From Bacteroidales bacterium (lineage in GTDB: Bacteria > Bacteroidota > Bacteroidia > Bacteroidales > P3): DNA of 64,000 bases. Location: contig JAGCZH010000031.1 in assembly GCA_017960475.1 (NCBI GenBank), positions 5,758 through 69,757 of the forward strand, given 5' to 3'. Both the position numbers and the translations under genes were made by a program. The notes under the pieces are model-generated. The model made no database searches. It worked only from the letters and a program-made list of their open reading frames with translations, and had not been told where the DNA came from. This document shows, one piece after another, positions 1 through 11,599 of the stretch. Within the stretch, counting starts at the first letter, position 1. Each line of letters begins with the position of its first letter.

Positions 1-186
1 GATATGGCTATCTATTGGTACAAAAAGTCTGCCGCACAAGGCCACGTCATGGCACAGTACAACCTGGGATTGGCTTACTATTATGGTACTGGCGTGGAGA
101 AGGACATCCAAGAGGCACGCCGCTGGTTGGAACTGTCTTCCAAGCAAGGGTTCAATCTCGCGAGCCGTATGCTCCTCAAATTATAG
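1..186 (+). CDS. Sel1-like repeat protein, C-terminal fragment (5' end lies outside the window)
   Basis: The frame is open from base 1. AIYWYKKSAAQGHVMAQYNLGLAYYYGTGVEKDIQEARRWLELSSKQG shows Sel1-type repeats (A-x-x-G ... Y-x-x-G-x-G-V-x-K-D). Confidence 0.6.
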   Translation, partial: DMAIYWYKKSAAQGHVMAQYNLGLAYYYGTGVEKDIQEARRWLELSSKQGFNLASRMLLKL

Positions 187-323
187 GAATAGTACTTGTA
201 ATGCCCTGTACGTATCAGGTTGATTTCAGAGGGTCAGTTGTATTTACCACCCCCTCTTTCCTAAACGATACAATTTTTTTGAGGATTGCACGTTAAAAAA
301 GAAATGATTAAAAATTACCGAAT

Positions 324-1373
324 ATGAAAAATTTCATGAGATTTTTATGTGCCGCGATGCTGTGTGTGTCATTTGCGGCATGCGACCCTGAAGATATGTT
401 CAACGTCGATGGCGACAACAACAACTACAGCACCCTCATTCTGGGTACTTGGCAGGTGGATCTGATGTCGGCCAACGGGCTTGACATGACCCCTCCGAAC
501 ATGCAGATCTCTTTCTATGAGAACGGGAGCGGCCTGATGAACGATGGCGGCGTGACCGATCACAACAACTTTACATGGGCCATCAATGGCAGTATCGTCA
601 ATGTCACTACTGATAAATATCAATTTGCCTTCACCATCGATTCGATCACCGCTACCGAGTGTGCTTTCCATGGCGACTTCATCGAGATGGACGGCTATGA
701 GATTAGTGGCGACATCCGCTTCCACATGACCAAGGCGGGCGGCACACCAGGCGGCGATCCCGACCCGAGCGACACCAATTGGGTCGACCTCGGCCTGCCC
801 TCAGGTCTGTTGTGGGCCAAGTGCAACGTAGGTGCCACTGTGCCGGAAGGCTATGGCGACTACTTTGCCTGGGGCGAGACACAGCCCAAGAGCGACTACA
901 GCTGGAGTACCTACCAATACTGCACTGTAAATGGCGAAGGAGGACTGGCCACACTGACCAAGTACAACACCTCGTCAACCTATGGAACTGTGGATAACAA
1001 TACCATACTAGAGTCTGGCGACGATGCCGCCACCGCCAACATGGGCAATGGCGCCTGTACCCCAACCAAAGAGAATTGGGAGGAGCTTCTGAACAATACC
1101 AGGGCTGAATGGACTACTCTCAATGGCGTCTATGGTCGCCGTTTCACTGCTACCAACGGCAACAGCATATTCCTGCCTGCCACAGGCTACCACAAGGACT
1201 CGGATTCTTACTTCCTTGGGGAATACGGCTTCTACAGCTCCGCCTCGCTCAGCGTGGAAAATCCATCCTACATATGGGATTTCTACTTCTTCTCGGACAA
1301 TCAGGAAGTGGTCAGCTACTACAACAGCCGATGCACCGGTCTGTCTGTCCGTGCTGTTAAGAGCTCCAAATAA
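324..1373 (+). CDS. Lipoprotein with a lipocalin-like N-domain and a Fib_succ_major/DUF1566-like C-domain
   Basis: Lipoprotein signal LCAAMLCVSFAAC. TLILGTWQV is a lipocalin-like start. The C-terminal half has WVDLGLPSGLLWAKCNVGA, YFAWGE, IFLPATGY and GLSVRAV, typical of the FISUMP/DUF1566-type domain. Confidence 0.55.
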   Translation: MKNFMRFLCAAMLCVSFAACDPEDMFNVDGDNNNYSTLILGTWQVDLMSANGLDMTPPNMQISFYENGSGLMNDGGVTDHNNFTWAINGSIVNVTTDKYQFAFTIDSITATECAFHGDFIEMDGYEISGDIRFHMTKAGGTPGGDPDPSDTNWVDLGLPSGLLWAKCNVGATVPEGYGDYFAWGETQPKSDYSWSTYQYCTVNGEGGLATLTKYNTSSTYGTVDNNTILESGDDAATANMGNGACTPTKENWEELLNNTRAEWTTLNGVYGRRFTATNGNSIFLPATGYHKDSDSYFLGEYGFYSSASLSVENPSYIWDFYFFSDNQEVVSYYNSRCTGLSVRAVKSSK

Positions 1374-1387
1374 TATTGATATTACAG

Positions 1388-1431
1388 CTATATTCAAGGG
1401 GTATGCCGCTAGGTGTACCCCTTGAATATAG
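1388..1431. terminator. Perfect 16-bp stem hairpin between convergent genes (likely bidirectional terminator)
   Basis: ctatattcaaggggta (1388-1403) pairs with taccccttgaatatag (1416-1431) around a 12-nt loop. It lies between the lipoprotein stop (1373) and the aroE stop (1462). Confidence 0.6.
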
Positions 1432-1461
1432 TCCTCTCCGAGATTGAAATAATGCGCACGC

Positions 1462-2226
1462 TTACAGCTGCGACCAGATTTGGAAGGCTTGGTCGGCTTG
1501 ACGATGTAGCATGGCAAGTCCGTCGACGGTTTTGGCGCCCATAAGGGAGGCTTGGCGCATGAAAAGGGTAGGGTAGGGGTTGTAGACGAGGTCGTAAACC
1601 AAGTGTTTGGGAGTCAGTAGTTCGGGATGTGCCCATGGCGAGGTGTCGACGTTGGGGAACATGCCAACGGGAGTGCAGTTGACGATGAGGAGACTCTTGG
1701 AAACTCGTTGGAATGCCTCTTCGTAGTCTATTTGGTTGTCGCCATGAGGTTGCCGGCTGACAAAGCAATGGTCTATGCCCATTTTTTTCAGAGCCCATGC
1801 CACGGCTTTGGCGGCGCCTCCAGTGCCAAGTATCAATGCTGATTGATGGTATGGCTGCAGATGTCTTTTCAAAGTGTCGGCAAAAGCGGTGGCGTCGGTG
1901 TTGAAGCCTTTAAGCCGATAGTTGTCACCATTGGTGCGGTATACAGCCACAGTGTTGACGGCGCCAATCTCGTTGGCGGTGCTGTCGATGTCGTCGAGAA
2001 GGGGGATGATGGCTTCCTTGTAGGGTATGGTGACATTGAAGCCGTCGAGTCTATTGTCGTCGATGAGTTTTGCAATCTGATTGACGTCGGACAGCTCATA
2101 GAGTTGGTAATGACCAGGGATTCCCATACGGTCAAATTTCTGGTCGAAATAAAGTTTGGAAAAAGAGTGCGAAAGTCTTTTGCCTATGAGTCCCAGATTG
2201 ATTGCTTTTGTAGATAATAAACTCAT
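1462..2226 (-). CDS. aroE: Shikimate dehydrogenase
   Basis: GLIGKRLSHSFS substrate motif, ILGTGGAAKAV dinucleotide-binding loop, NVTIPYK. I chose the ATG at 2226 (MSLLSTK), giving 254 aa. The longer track ORF runs into the divergent promoter region. Confidence 0.85.
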   Translation of the reverse strand: MSLLSTKAINLGLIGKRLSHSFSKLYFDQKFDRMGIPGHYQLYELSDVNQIAKLIDDNRLDGFNVTIPYKEAIIPLLDDIDSTANEIGAVNTVAVYRTNGDNYRLKGFNTDATAFADTLKRHLQPYHQSALILGTGGAAKAVAWALKKMGIDHCFVSRQPHGDNQIDYEEAFQRVSKSLLIVNCTPVGMFPNVDTSPWAHPELLTPKHLVYDLVYNPYPTLFMRQASLMGAKTVDGLAMLHRQADQAFQIWSQL

Positions 2227-2306
2227 TGATAGTAATGTATGGTGAGGGCTTGAGATAGTAAATGTATACAAAAATAATAAATAATTCGGAATTGCCTTTT
2301 TTTCTG

Positions 2307-2314
2307 TAAATTTG
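2307..2314 (+). promoter_or_regulatory. Bacteroidota -7 promoter element TAnnTTTG (taaatttg) upstream of the rhomboid gene
   Basis: Exact match to the sigma-ABfr -7 consensus, 21 nt before the ATG at 2335. The -33 TTTG element is not clear. Confidence 0.35.
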
Positions 2315-2334
2315 CAGTTCAAAAAAAATGTGCA

Positions 2335-3204
2335 ATGCAAGATAAAAGAGTTGGAAGTCAATTGAAAGATTTTCTACGCAGCGGCAGCCTGCTATCTATT
2401 TTGATTATCGTCAACGTAGGGTTGTGGCTGCTTATGCTGTTGTTCCCGATTGTAGATTATCTTTACGCCATGCCTTCGGGGCGTGCCCGTGACGGGTGGT
2501 ATGAGTGGCTTGCGTTGTCGTCGGATTGGGATTACCTTTGGTATCGCTCTTGGACTTTGTTGAGCTATATGTTTCTGCACGACGGATTCTGGCACATATT
2601 ATTCAACATGTTGATGCTGTTTTTTGGCGGAACGATGTGTTGCAGGTATCTTGGGACGAAGCGTTTCGGGTGGATTTATTTCATTTGTGGTATTGTTGGT
2701 GGACTTTTCTTTCTGTTGATATACAATCTGTTTCCTGTAGGAAGGGTGCATTCGTCGCAGCTTGTGGGCGCATCTGCCGCTGTTCTTGGCGTTTTTGTCG
2801 CCGTAGCGGTGTACAATCCCAACCAGGAGGTCGATCTTTGGTTGGTGCGTACAATACCGGTCAAATTGAAATGGCTGGCATTGGCGTTTGTGGTTATAGA
2901 TTTGCTGACGATACCAAAATCCAACGCCGGTGGGCATGTGGCGCATATTGGAGGCGCTTTGTGTGGCGCTGTATATGTGCTTGTTATGCGATGGCTGGCG
3001 GAGCGTAAAACAAAACCGCGCCACAAGAGAGAAAAAAGCCCCAAGGGCAATGCCTATGGTCATCGTCCTCTCAGTGACGACGAATACAACCGCCGTCGCA
3101 CCGCTGAGCAGAAACGTATCGACGAGATATTGGACAAGATATCACGTTCGGGCTATGATAGTTTGAGTAAAGAAGAGAAAGAGATACTCTTCAAGTATAA
3201 ATAA
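2335..3204 (+). CDS. Rhomboid family intramembrane serine protease
   Basis: Multi-TM protein with FLHDGFWHILFNM (H-x-x-x-N), GASAAVLG (catalytic G-x-S-x) and HIGGALCG (catalytic His). Confidence 0.85.
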   Translation: MQDKRVGSQLKDFLRSGSLLSILIIVNVGLWLLMLLFPIVDYLYAMPSGRARDGWYEWLALSSDWDYLWYRSWTLLSYMFLHDGFWHILFNMLMLFFGGTMCCRYLGTKRFGWIYFICGIVGGLFFLLIYNLFPVGRVHSSQLVGASAAVLGVFVAVAVYNPNQEVDLWLVRTIPVKLKWLALAFVVIDLLTIPKSNAGGHVAHIGGALCGAVYVLVMRWLAERKTKPRHKREKSPKGNAYGHRPLSDDEYNRRRTAEQKRIDEILDKISRSGYDSLSKEEKEILFKYK

Positions 3205-3250
3205 CCCCAGAGGAGCGTTTTTCGATGGATAATAAAAACAATAAAGGTCT

Positions 3251-4351
3251 GTGATTGGTAAGATATTTAAAATAGTATTCATTGTCATCAATTTCGTGCT
3301 TGTAGCGCTGATGATCTGTTCGACATTGGCAGGGAATAAGCCCCCATCGAGCGGCATGGCATTCTCGTTGCTGAGCTATTTCTATCTTTATCTTTTGCTT
3401 GTCAACGTGATATGTGTTGTCGGTTGGCTTGTCGTTGGCAGCAAATGGTTTTTGTTGTCGACGATAGCAATAGTGGCGCGTTGTGGCTTTCTGCCTTTGT
3501 ATTTCCAGATTGGCGGCACTGAGACTGTAGAGGAATCTGCCGATGACGGCAGTCCAATGGTGAAGGTCTTGTCGTTCAATGCGCATCATTTCCATGGGGT
3601 GGACTTCGACGATGCGCTCACCGATTCGAATATGCTGCTTTTCCTTGACATTGTCGACACAGAGAATCCCGATGTGCTGACAATGCAGGAGTATATTGGT
3701 CGTGGTGACACAGTACACCTCACCGATAGGTTGGAAAAGCGCGGATATAGTTACATGACGTCGGGATATGAGAGTGGCTCTATCACAGGTGAGGTGATAT
3801 TCTCGAAAATGCCAATAGTGCGTGTGGCACGTATCGATGGGCCTACAAAACTGTGTACAAGTATTCTGTGGAACTCTGACACGCTTCGGCTCTTTTGTAT
3901 GCACTTGAACTCGTATGGTCTTGACACCAGCGACAGCAGACACATACACAATATCTCGCATGGCAATATGGACAGCCTTACAGGTCGCAGCACCCTCCAT
4001 AAGTTCACGGAAACCATCCTGGCGCATGAGCAAGAGTGGAATACTCTGAAGCCGATATTTGAAAGCAGGGACCGTCTCACTATTGTCGCCGGTGATTTCA
4101 ATGAAACGCCAGCGTCGTATTTTTACCAGCAATGCCGCAAATATTACAAAGACAGCTATTGTGAGGCGGGTCAAGGTTTCAGCACTACCTACCATGGCAC
4201 TTTTACAAAGAGCCGACACACGACATTCCCGTCGTTCAGAATAGATATGCTGCTGCATACCGAGGATATGGAAGCAGTGGCATATAAGCGTATAAAAACC
4301 CAGATATCAGACCACTATCCGATTGTGGTGACATTAAAACAAAAGAAATGA
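3251..4351 (+). CDS. Endonuclease/exonuclease/phosphatase (EEP) family protein with N-terminal TM segments
   Basis: VLSFNAHH, VAGDFNETP and C-terminal SDHYPIVV are EEP catalytic motifs. There are three hydrophobic helices at the N-terminus. GTG start at 3251; the start is uncertain. Confidence 0.7.
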   Translation: MIGKIFKIVFIVINFVLVALMICSTLAGNKPPSSGMAFSLLSYFYLYLLLVNVICVVGWLVVGSKWFLLSTIAIVARCGFLPLYFQIGGTETVEESADDGSPMVKVLSFNAHHFHGVDFDDALTDSNMLLFLDIVDTENPDVLTMQEYIGRGDTVHLTDRLEKRGYSYMTSGYESGSITGEVIFSKMPIVRVARIDGPTKLCTSILWNSDTLRLFCMHLNSYGLDTSDSRHIHNISHGNMDSLTGRSTLHKFTETILAHEQEWNTLKPIFESRDRLTIVAGDFNETPASYFYQQCRKYYKDSYCEAGQGFSTTYHGTFTKSRHTTFPSFRIDMLLHTEDMEAVAYKRIKTQISDHYPIVVTLKQKK

Positions 4352-5001
4352 GGAAAGAGGAACGATACAGTCGATTGATAGCATATTTTGAGCAGGCTAT
4401 GCCTCAGGCAGAGAGTGAGTTGCATTACGATAACCCATTCCAACTCCTTGTCGCGGTTATGCTGTCGGCACAGTGTACCGACAAAAGAGTGAACATGGTC
4501 ACCCCAGCGCTGTTCAAGGCCTATCCTGACGCCAAGGCTATGGCATCGGCATCAGTCGACGAGATATTGTCTTATGTGAAGTCTGTGTCGTATCCCAACA
4601 GCAAAAGCGCGCATCTGAAAGGCATGGCCGAGAAGTTGGTGTCGGACTTTGGCGGCGTTGTCCCTGACGATGTCGACAAGTTGCAGACTCTTCCCGGTGT
4701 GGGCCGCAAAACAGCCAATGTCGTCGCGGCTGTCGAATTCAACCAATCTGTTATGCCCGTTGACACTCATGTCTTCAGGGTGTCTGAGCGAATAGGGCTG
4801 ACGACCAACTCAAAAACACCATTGCAGACAGAACTTACCCTTGAACAACACTTCCCACCAGAGAAAATCCCTATAGCCCACCACTGGCTTATTTTGCACG
4901 GCCGCTATGTGTGTACAGCCCGGAAACCCCATTGTCAGCAATGTGGCATAAAGGACATCTGCCGTTATTATTGCCGTAAGAGAAGTGAGCAAGAGCGATG
5001 A
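4348..5001 (+). CDS. nth: Endonuclease III
   Basis: HhH-GPD motif LPGVGRKTANVV, catalytic-region PVDTHV, and the Fe-S cluster C-x6-C-x2-C-x5-C (CTARKPHCQQCGIKDIC). ATGA overlap with the upstream stop. Confidence 0.9.
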   Translation: MRKEERYSRLIAYFEQAMPQAESELHYDNPFQLLVAVMLSAQCTDKRVNMVTPALFKAYPDAKAMASASVDEILSYVKSVSYPNSKSAHLKGMAEKLVSDFGGVVPDDVDKLQTLPGVGRKTANVVAAVEFNQSVMPVDTHVFRVSERIGLTTNSKTPLQTELTLEQHFPPEKIPIAHHWLILHGRYVCTARKPHCQQCGIKDICRYYCRKRSEQER

Positions 5002-5080
5002 CAGGGGACATACGATGTGAAATGTCCGTCTTTTCATAATGTAAACAAAAAACAATCTTTATATAAACTGCATTCCTTCA

Positions 5081-7183
5081 ATGATTTTCACCTACCCTTT
5101 GTTCCTTATAGGTCTTGTGGCTATGGCAATCCCCGTGATTGTCCATCTTTTTAATTTCCGTCGCTACAAGAAGATATTTTTCAGCAATGTCGAGAAATTG
5201 GAGGAAATGCAATCGGAGACTCGTCGTCAGTCGACATTACGGCAGATCCTTATCATGGTGGCGCGCATGTTGGCTATAGCCTTTTTGGCGCTCGCTTTTG
5301 CGCAGCCGGTGATTAAAAGAAGCGACAAAACTATTAGGGCAGGCAGAAATGATGTGGCTATCTTCATCGACAACTCGTACAGCATGCAGAATATCGATGG
5401 TAACGGTCCCATGATAGAAAAGGCCAAAGCCAAAGCCCGCGAGATTGTGGCGGCATTCGGCGAAGGCGACAGGTTCCATCTGATGACATGCGATGTTGAG
5501 GGGCGCCACTTCCATTGGCTTAGCAGAGATGAGATGCTCACTATGATTGACGAGGTGGAGCCTGGGAGTGCGTCGCCATCGTTATCGTCAATGATAGAGC
5601 GTCAGCGTGATTTTGTGCGTGGTGGCAGTGGCGAACATAAGGAGATTTTCGTGATTTCTGATTTCCAGACATCAGTAGCCGATATCGACAATTTTGTCAA
5701 CGACAGTGCTATTGCGGTGACCCTTGTGCCGCTTAAACCCTCGGAGCTTGATAATGTTTATGTCGACTCTGTGGCGCTAGGAGCTCCTGTATATTATCGT
5801 GGCAATACTGTTGAAACAGAGGTGTGGATTCGCAACGATGGCAGCGAGAACCTTGAAGGCGTGCCAGTGACACTGTATGTCAACGGGCGCCAGCGAGCTG
5901 TGGCCACTGTGGACCTTCCTGCCGAAGGCAGGACAGCGTTGATGATGCCTTTCACTGTCGATGCGACAGGTGTTTTGGACTGTCGTGTTGAATGTGGCGA
6001 CTATCCAGTCGTCTTTGACGACAGCTATTATTTCACGCTCAACATAAGGGAGTATATTCAAGGTCTTGTTGTTGAGGGTGGCGCCGCCAACGTCTTTTTG
6101 ACCCGTCTGTTTGAAGGCGATTCGGCTGTGAAAATGCAGACCATGAATGTGCAGCAGATGGACTGCAGCCGTGTCGACGGCAACGATGTGGTAATCCTTG
6201 ACGAATTGACATCTTTGTCGTCGGGTATGGTTCAGTCGCTGCGAACTTTTCTGGATGGTGGCGGCACTGTTGTTGTGGTGGTCTCCGACAAGGCCGATAA
6301 GGAAAGTTACAATTCGGCGCTAATGCAGTTTGGCGCTCCATCTCTGGAACAGCAGCATCGGGGTCGTGTGGCGGCAGGGACTGTCAGTATGGACAATGCC
6401 CTGTATCGAAATGTGTTCAATGGCCGCAATAGCGATATGGAGTTGCCGTCGGTTAACGACTATTGGCGTCTGACGACATCGTCGTCAACTATATATGAGC
6501 CTATTATCACCCTGTCCAATGGCGATGTTTATGTCAGTGTGACATCGTGTGGCTCGGGACGCATATACCTTGTGGCAGCGCCGTTGCGTGACGAACACAC
6601 CGATTTTGTCCGTCAGGCTCTCTTTGTGCCTACGCTATACAACATGGCGCTTTACAGCGTGCGGCCCTCATTGCCGGCGGTGTCGTTGGGAGGCAACACT
6701 CCCGTGCCACTCTCACAACGCTATGTCGGCTTGGAGAACATACACCTTGTCTCGGCGCAGTCCTCAATCGGAAGTAAAGACAGCAATGCGGCGATATTTG
6801 ATGTTATTGCCGATATCAGGGTTGTGGGGGGCGTGAGTAATCTGGTGCCTCACAGTAACTTGCATGAGGCTGGCAATTACTGGCTCCAATCGGATGGAAA
6901 AACCATAGAGGGTGTCTCTTTCAACTATTCCCGTCTCGAGTCGCAGATGAGCTTCTTGGAGCGGAGTCAGATATCGTCTATGCTGAAGGACTACAATCTG
7001 GACAACATATCTGTTGTAGACAATGTGGATAAGCCTCTTGACAGCTATTTGAAGGAACGTATGGATGGCAAGCAATTGTGGCGTTGGTGTCTGGTGTTTT
7101 CTTTGCTTATGCTTCTTGCTGAGATACTGTTGATACGTATTCCGAAAAAGAATAAAGTCAAGAGTGACGAACGGGCATCATGA
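5081..7183 (+). CDS. BatA-domain (aerotolerance-related N-terminal double-TM) membrane protein
   Basis: N-terminus FTYPLFLIGLVAMAIPVIVHLFNFRRYKKIFFSNV matches the BatA N-terminal domain pattern. There is a vWA-like region (DVAIFIDNSYSM) and a C-terminal TM. Confidence 0.6.
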   Translation: MIFTYPLFLIGLVAMAIPVIVHLFNFRRYKKIFFSNVEKLEEMQSETRRQSTLRQILIMVARMLAIAFLALAFAQPVIKRSDKTIRAGRNDVAIFIDNSYSMQNIDGNGPMIEKAKAKAREIVAAFGEGDRFHLMTCDVEGRHFHWLSRDEMLTMIDEVEPGSASPSLSSMIERQRDFVRGGSGEHKEIFVISDFQTSVADIDNFVNDSAIAVTLVPLKPSELDNVYVDSVALGAPVYYRGNTVETEVWIRNDGSENLEGVPVTLYVNGRQRAVATVDLPAEGRTALMMPFTVDATGVLDCRVECGDYPVVFDDSYYFTLNIREYIQGLVVEGGAANVFLTRLFEGDSAVKMQTMNVQQMDCSRVDGNDVVILDELTSLSSGMVQSLRTFLDGGGTVVVVVSDKADKESYNSALMQFGAPSLEQQHRGRVAAGTVSMDNALYRNVFNGRNSDMELPSVNDYWRLTTSSSTIYEPIITLSNGDVYVSVTSCGSGRIYLVAAPLRDEHTDFVRQALFVPTLYNMALYSVRPSLPAVSLGGNTPVPLSQRYVGLENIHLVSAQSSIGSKDSNAAIFDVIADIRVVGGVSNLVPHSNLHEAGNYWLQSDGKTIEGVSFNYSRLESQMSFLERSQISSMLKDYNLDNISVVDNVDKPLDSYLKERMDGKQLWRWCLVFSLLMLLAEILLIRIPKKNKVKSDERAS

Positions 7184-7220
7184 TATCTATAAAAGTTACA
7201 CGTTAAACTATAAACTTTAC

Positions 7221-8147
7221 TTGGCAGTGTTGATAGAGACTAAAAATATTGGAAAAAGTTTTGGCAGCCATTGTGCATTACGTGATGTCAGTGTCGGCGT
7301 GAGGGAGGGCTCTGTCTTTGGTCTTTTGGGTCCTAATGGCGCAGGCAAAACGACACTTATCAGGCTGATAAATCAGATTATTCTCCCCGACAAGGGTGAG
7401 ATATTGTTTGACGGACGTCCCATGACAGGCGATGATGTGCGTCAGATAGGCTATTTGCCCGAAGAGAGGGGATTGTACAAAAAAATGAAAGTCGGCGAGC
7501 AAGCGGTATATCTGGCTCGACTAAAGGGACTTTCACGCAGCGATGCCACTAGCAGGCTTATGCATTGGTTTCAGAAGTTCCAGATAGAGGAATGGTGGGA
7601 TCGCACCGTTGACCAGCTCTCGAAGGGTATGCAGCAAAAGGTTCAGTTTATAGTCACTGTGATTCATGAACCCAGGCTTCTTATCTTTGATGAGCCTTTT
7701 AGCGGTTTCGACCCCGTCAACGCCACACTGTTGAGAAACGAGATAATGGAGTTGCACAAAAAAGGGGCTACGGTAATATTGTCGACTCACAATATGACTT
7801 CCGTCGAGGAGCTGTGTGACGACATCGCATTGATAGACCACTCACAGGTTGTTCTGCACGGCAACTTCAAAGAGATCAGGGAATCGATGAGCACTAACTT
7901 ATACGAGGTCTCCGTCGACACAAAAGAGAACGAATCGACTGCCGCGGATCTGCCTTCGTGGTGTCATCATGTAAGTGTTGACGGCGATGGTAATGTTTTT
8001 AGATTCAAGCTTGATGAAGGGAAGAGTGCCAATGATTTGGTTGAGTTGCTATTGTCGAAATGCAGATTACTGTCGTTCCACGAGGTGTTGCCATCGATGA
8101 ATGACATCTTTATTGCCACAGTGACAGGAAAGGAGGTGGAGCAATGA
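7221..8147 (+). CDS. ABC transporter ATP-binding protein (ABC-2 type)
   Basis: Walker A GPNGAGKTT, signature LSKGMQQKV, Walker B LLIFDEP. The track ORF starts at 7164 inside the upstream gene. A TTG, GTG or TTG at 7221-7230 just before IETKNIGKSFG is more likely. Confidence 0.8.
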   Translation: MAVLIETKNIGKSFGSHCALRDVSVGVREGSVFGLLGPNGAGKTTLIRLINQIILPDKGEILFDGRPMTGDDVRQIGYLPEERGLYKKMKVGEQAVYLARLKGLSRSDATSRLMHWFQKFQIEEWWDRTVDQLSKGMQQKVQFIVTVIHEPRLLIFDEPFSGFDPVNATLLRNEIMELHKKGATVILSTHNMTSVEELCDDIALIDHSQVVLHGNFKEIRESMSTNLYEVSVDTKENESTAADLPSWCHHVSVDGDGNVFRFKLDEGKSANDLVELLLSKCRLLSFHEVLPSMNDIFIATVTGKEVEQ

Positions 8148-9517
8148 ATAAGATACTTCTTGTTATTCAGCGTGAATACTCTACTAGGGTGCGCAAGGTC
8201 TCGTTTTGGCTGTTGACAATTTTAGTGCCCATATTGCTGGCGGCGCTATATGCAATACCCATCTATATGGCCATGAAACCTCAGGACCGGGCGGTGGTGC
8301 TTGTCGCCGATGAGTCGGGCGCTTTTGGCGGTTTGGATAGAGATGATGCCAATCGTTCTGACAGCCGTTTCGTTTCCAATGAAGTTGTGGAATACCGTTA
8401 CGCCGCTTCGCTCGATTATGCTCGCCGTGTTATGGACGATGACGAAGATGTGAGTGCGATACTATACATCCGCAGTCGTGCCAGCGGAGCTATCCCCACT
8501 GATGCTTGTCTCTACTACAGGACAGATTTGCCTACACAGCAGACTCGTTATGATGTTGACTTGCAGTTGCAGCGTATCCTGCGTAACCGGCTTTTGCAGG
8601 CGCATGGTATCAGCGACGATGAATATGCGCTTATTTCCGGTACCAAAATCAACCTTCGTACCGAGGATTTAGAGACAGGACGTGAGGCTTTTCTGGGCGT
8701 TAAGACCGTTTTGGGACTTGTACTCGCTCTGCTAATCTATGTGGCCATTTTTATGTTTGGCTCCCAGGTTATGCGAGGTGTGGTTGAGGAAAAGTCCAGC
8801 CGCATTGTGGAAGTCGTGGTGTGCTCGGTGAAGCCATTCCAACTAATGATGGGTAAGGTGATAGGCATAGCCCTTGTCGGTTTGACCCAATTCCTTTTGT
8901 GGGTGGCGTTGACGGCGGTGGCTCTTGTTGGTATTCAGGCCGGAAACAGCGATCTTTTCGGTGCGGCGCAGCAGAAACACGCTGTGACAGAGATCGCCAC
9001 CAAGGGAAGTGAGGCGACGGCGCAGATGAGCCTTTCCGGCGATATGGCTGATGTGCCGCAACTTGTTGAAGGTATTGCCGCTATTGATTTCGGCGCCATT
9101 GTTCCCGCGTTCCTCTTCTTTTTCATTTTCGGCTATTTGCTTTATGCGACCCTTTTTGCCGCTGCAGGTGCGATGAGCGATAATGACACTGACACACAGC
9201 TCTTCTCGTTGCCATTGACGGTGCCGTTGTTATTGGTGTTGCTGCTTTTGCCGGCTATCGTCGACTCGCCGTCGGGCGGTTTGAGTGTGACTCTGTCGCT
9301 AATACCATTCACATCGCCTGTCGCCATGATGTTGCGCATACCCTTTGGTGTGCCTCTTTGGCAGCTATGGCTTTCTATGGCACTTATAGTCATAACATTT
9401 CCTCTATGTACCTGGTTGGCGGCAAAAATATACAGCAAATCCATCCTGAGATTCAATCTGTTGGCTTCATGGCGTCGTCGCCGAAATAACAATGTTGCCG
9501 ATGACAAAATGCAGTGA
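8144..9517 (+). CDS. ABC-2 type transporter permease
   Basis: Translationally coupled to the ATPase (ATGA overlap). It has an N-terminal TM, a large loop, then a C-terminal bundle of TM helices, as in NatB/YhaP-like ABC-2 permeases. Confidence 0.65.
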   Translation: MNKILLVIQREYSTRVRKVSFWLLTILVPILLAALYAIPIYMAMKPQDRAVVLVADESGAFGGLDRDDANRSDSRFVSNEVVEYRYAASLDYARRVMDDDEDVSAILYIRSRASGAIPTDACLYYRTDLPTQQTRYDVDLQLQRILRNRLLQAHGISDDEYALISGTKINLRTEDLETGREAFLGVKTVLGLVLALLIYVAIFMFGSQVMRGVVEEKSSRIVEVVVCSVKPFQLMMGKVIGIALVGLTQFLLWVALTAVALVGIQAGNSDLFGAAQQKHAVTEIATKGSEATAQMSLSGDMADVPQLVEGIAAIDFGAIVPAFLFFFIFGYLLYATLFAAAGAMSDNDTDTQLFSLPLTVPLLLVLLLLPAIVDSPSGGLSVTLSLIPFTSPVAMMLRIPFGVPLWQLWLSMALIVITFPLCTWLAAKIYSKSILRFNLLASWRRRRNNNVADDKMQ

Positions 9518-9542
9518 TAATTGTTTTGACTTTTTGATTGTA

Positions 9543-9559
9543 TTTCGTGGATTGTAACA
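9543..9559 (+). repeat. Left copy of the island-flanking direct repeat TTTCGTGGATTGTAACA
   Basis: Matches 21459-21475 at 16 of 17 positions in the same orientation. GATAATTA follows both copies (after 20 nt here, after 4 nt at the right copy). Confidence 0.7.
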
Positions 9560-9611
9560 TGTTTTTTCCAAAAAAATAAGATAATTAGAAACATTTTATA
9601 AGAAAAATTAG

Positions 9612-9619
9612 TATATTTG
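9612..9619 (+). promoter_or_regulatory. TAnnTTTG -7 element (tatatttg) upstream of the first island gene
   Basis: Exact consensus match, 78 nt upstream of the ATG at 9697 and inside the island just after the left direct repeat. Confidence 0.35.
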
Positions 9620-9696
9620 CACATTGTATATAAGTGGAAGAATGAGTGTGATAATGATTGCTAAATATTCATAATGAGATATTTCGGATAATTATT

Positions 9697-11477
<1,781 letters not shown>

Positions 11478-11599
11478 AAAATATAGTTATTCCCCACAAT
11501 TGGGTTGAATAATTGTCATGATTCTCACATTCTCACGCAAAACATCAAGAGACATATTATTTATACAAAATTATTTCAAGATTACTAATTAGATAGCCA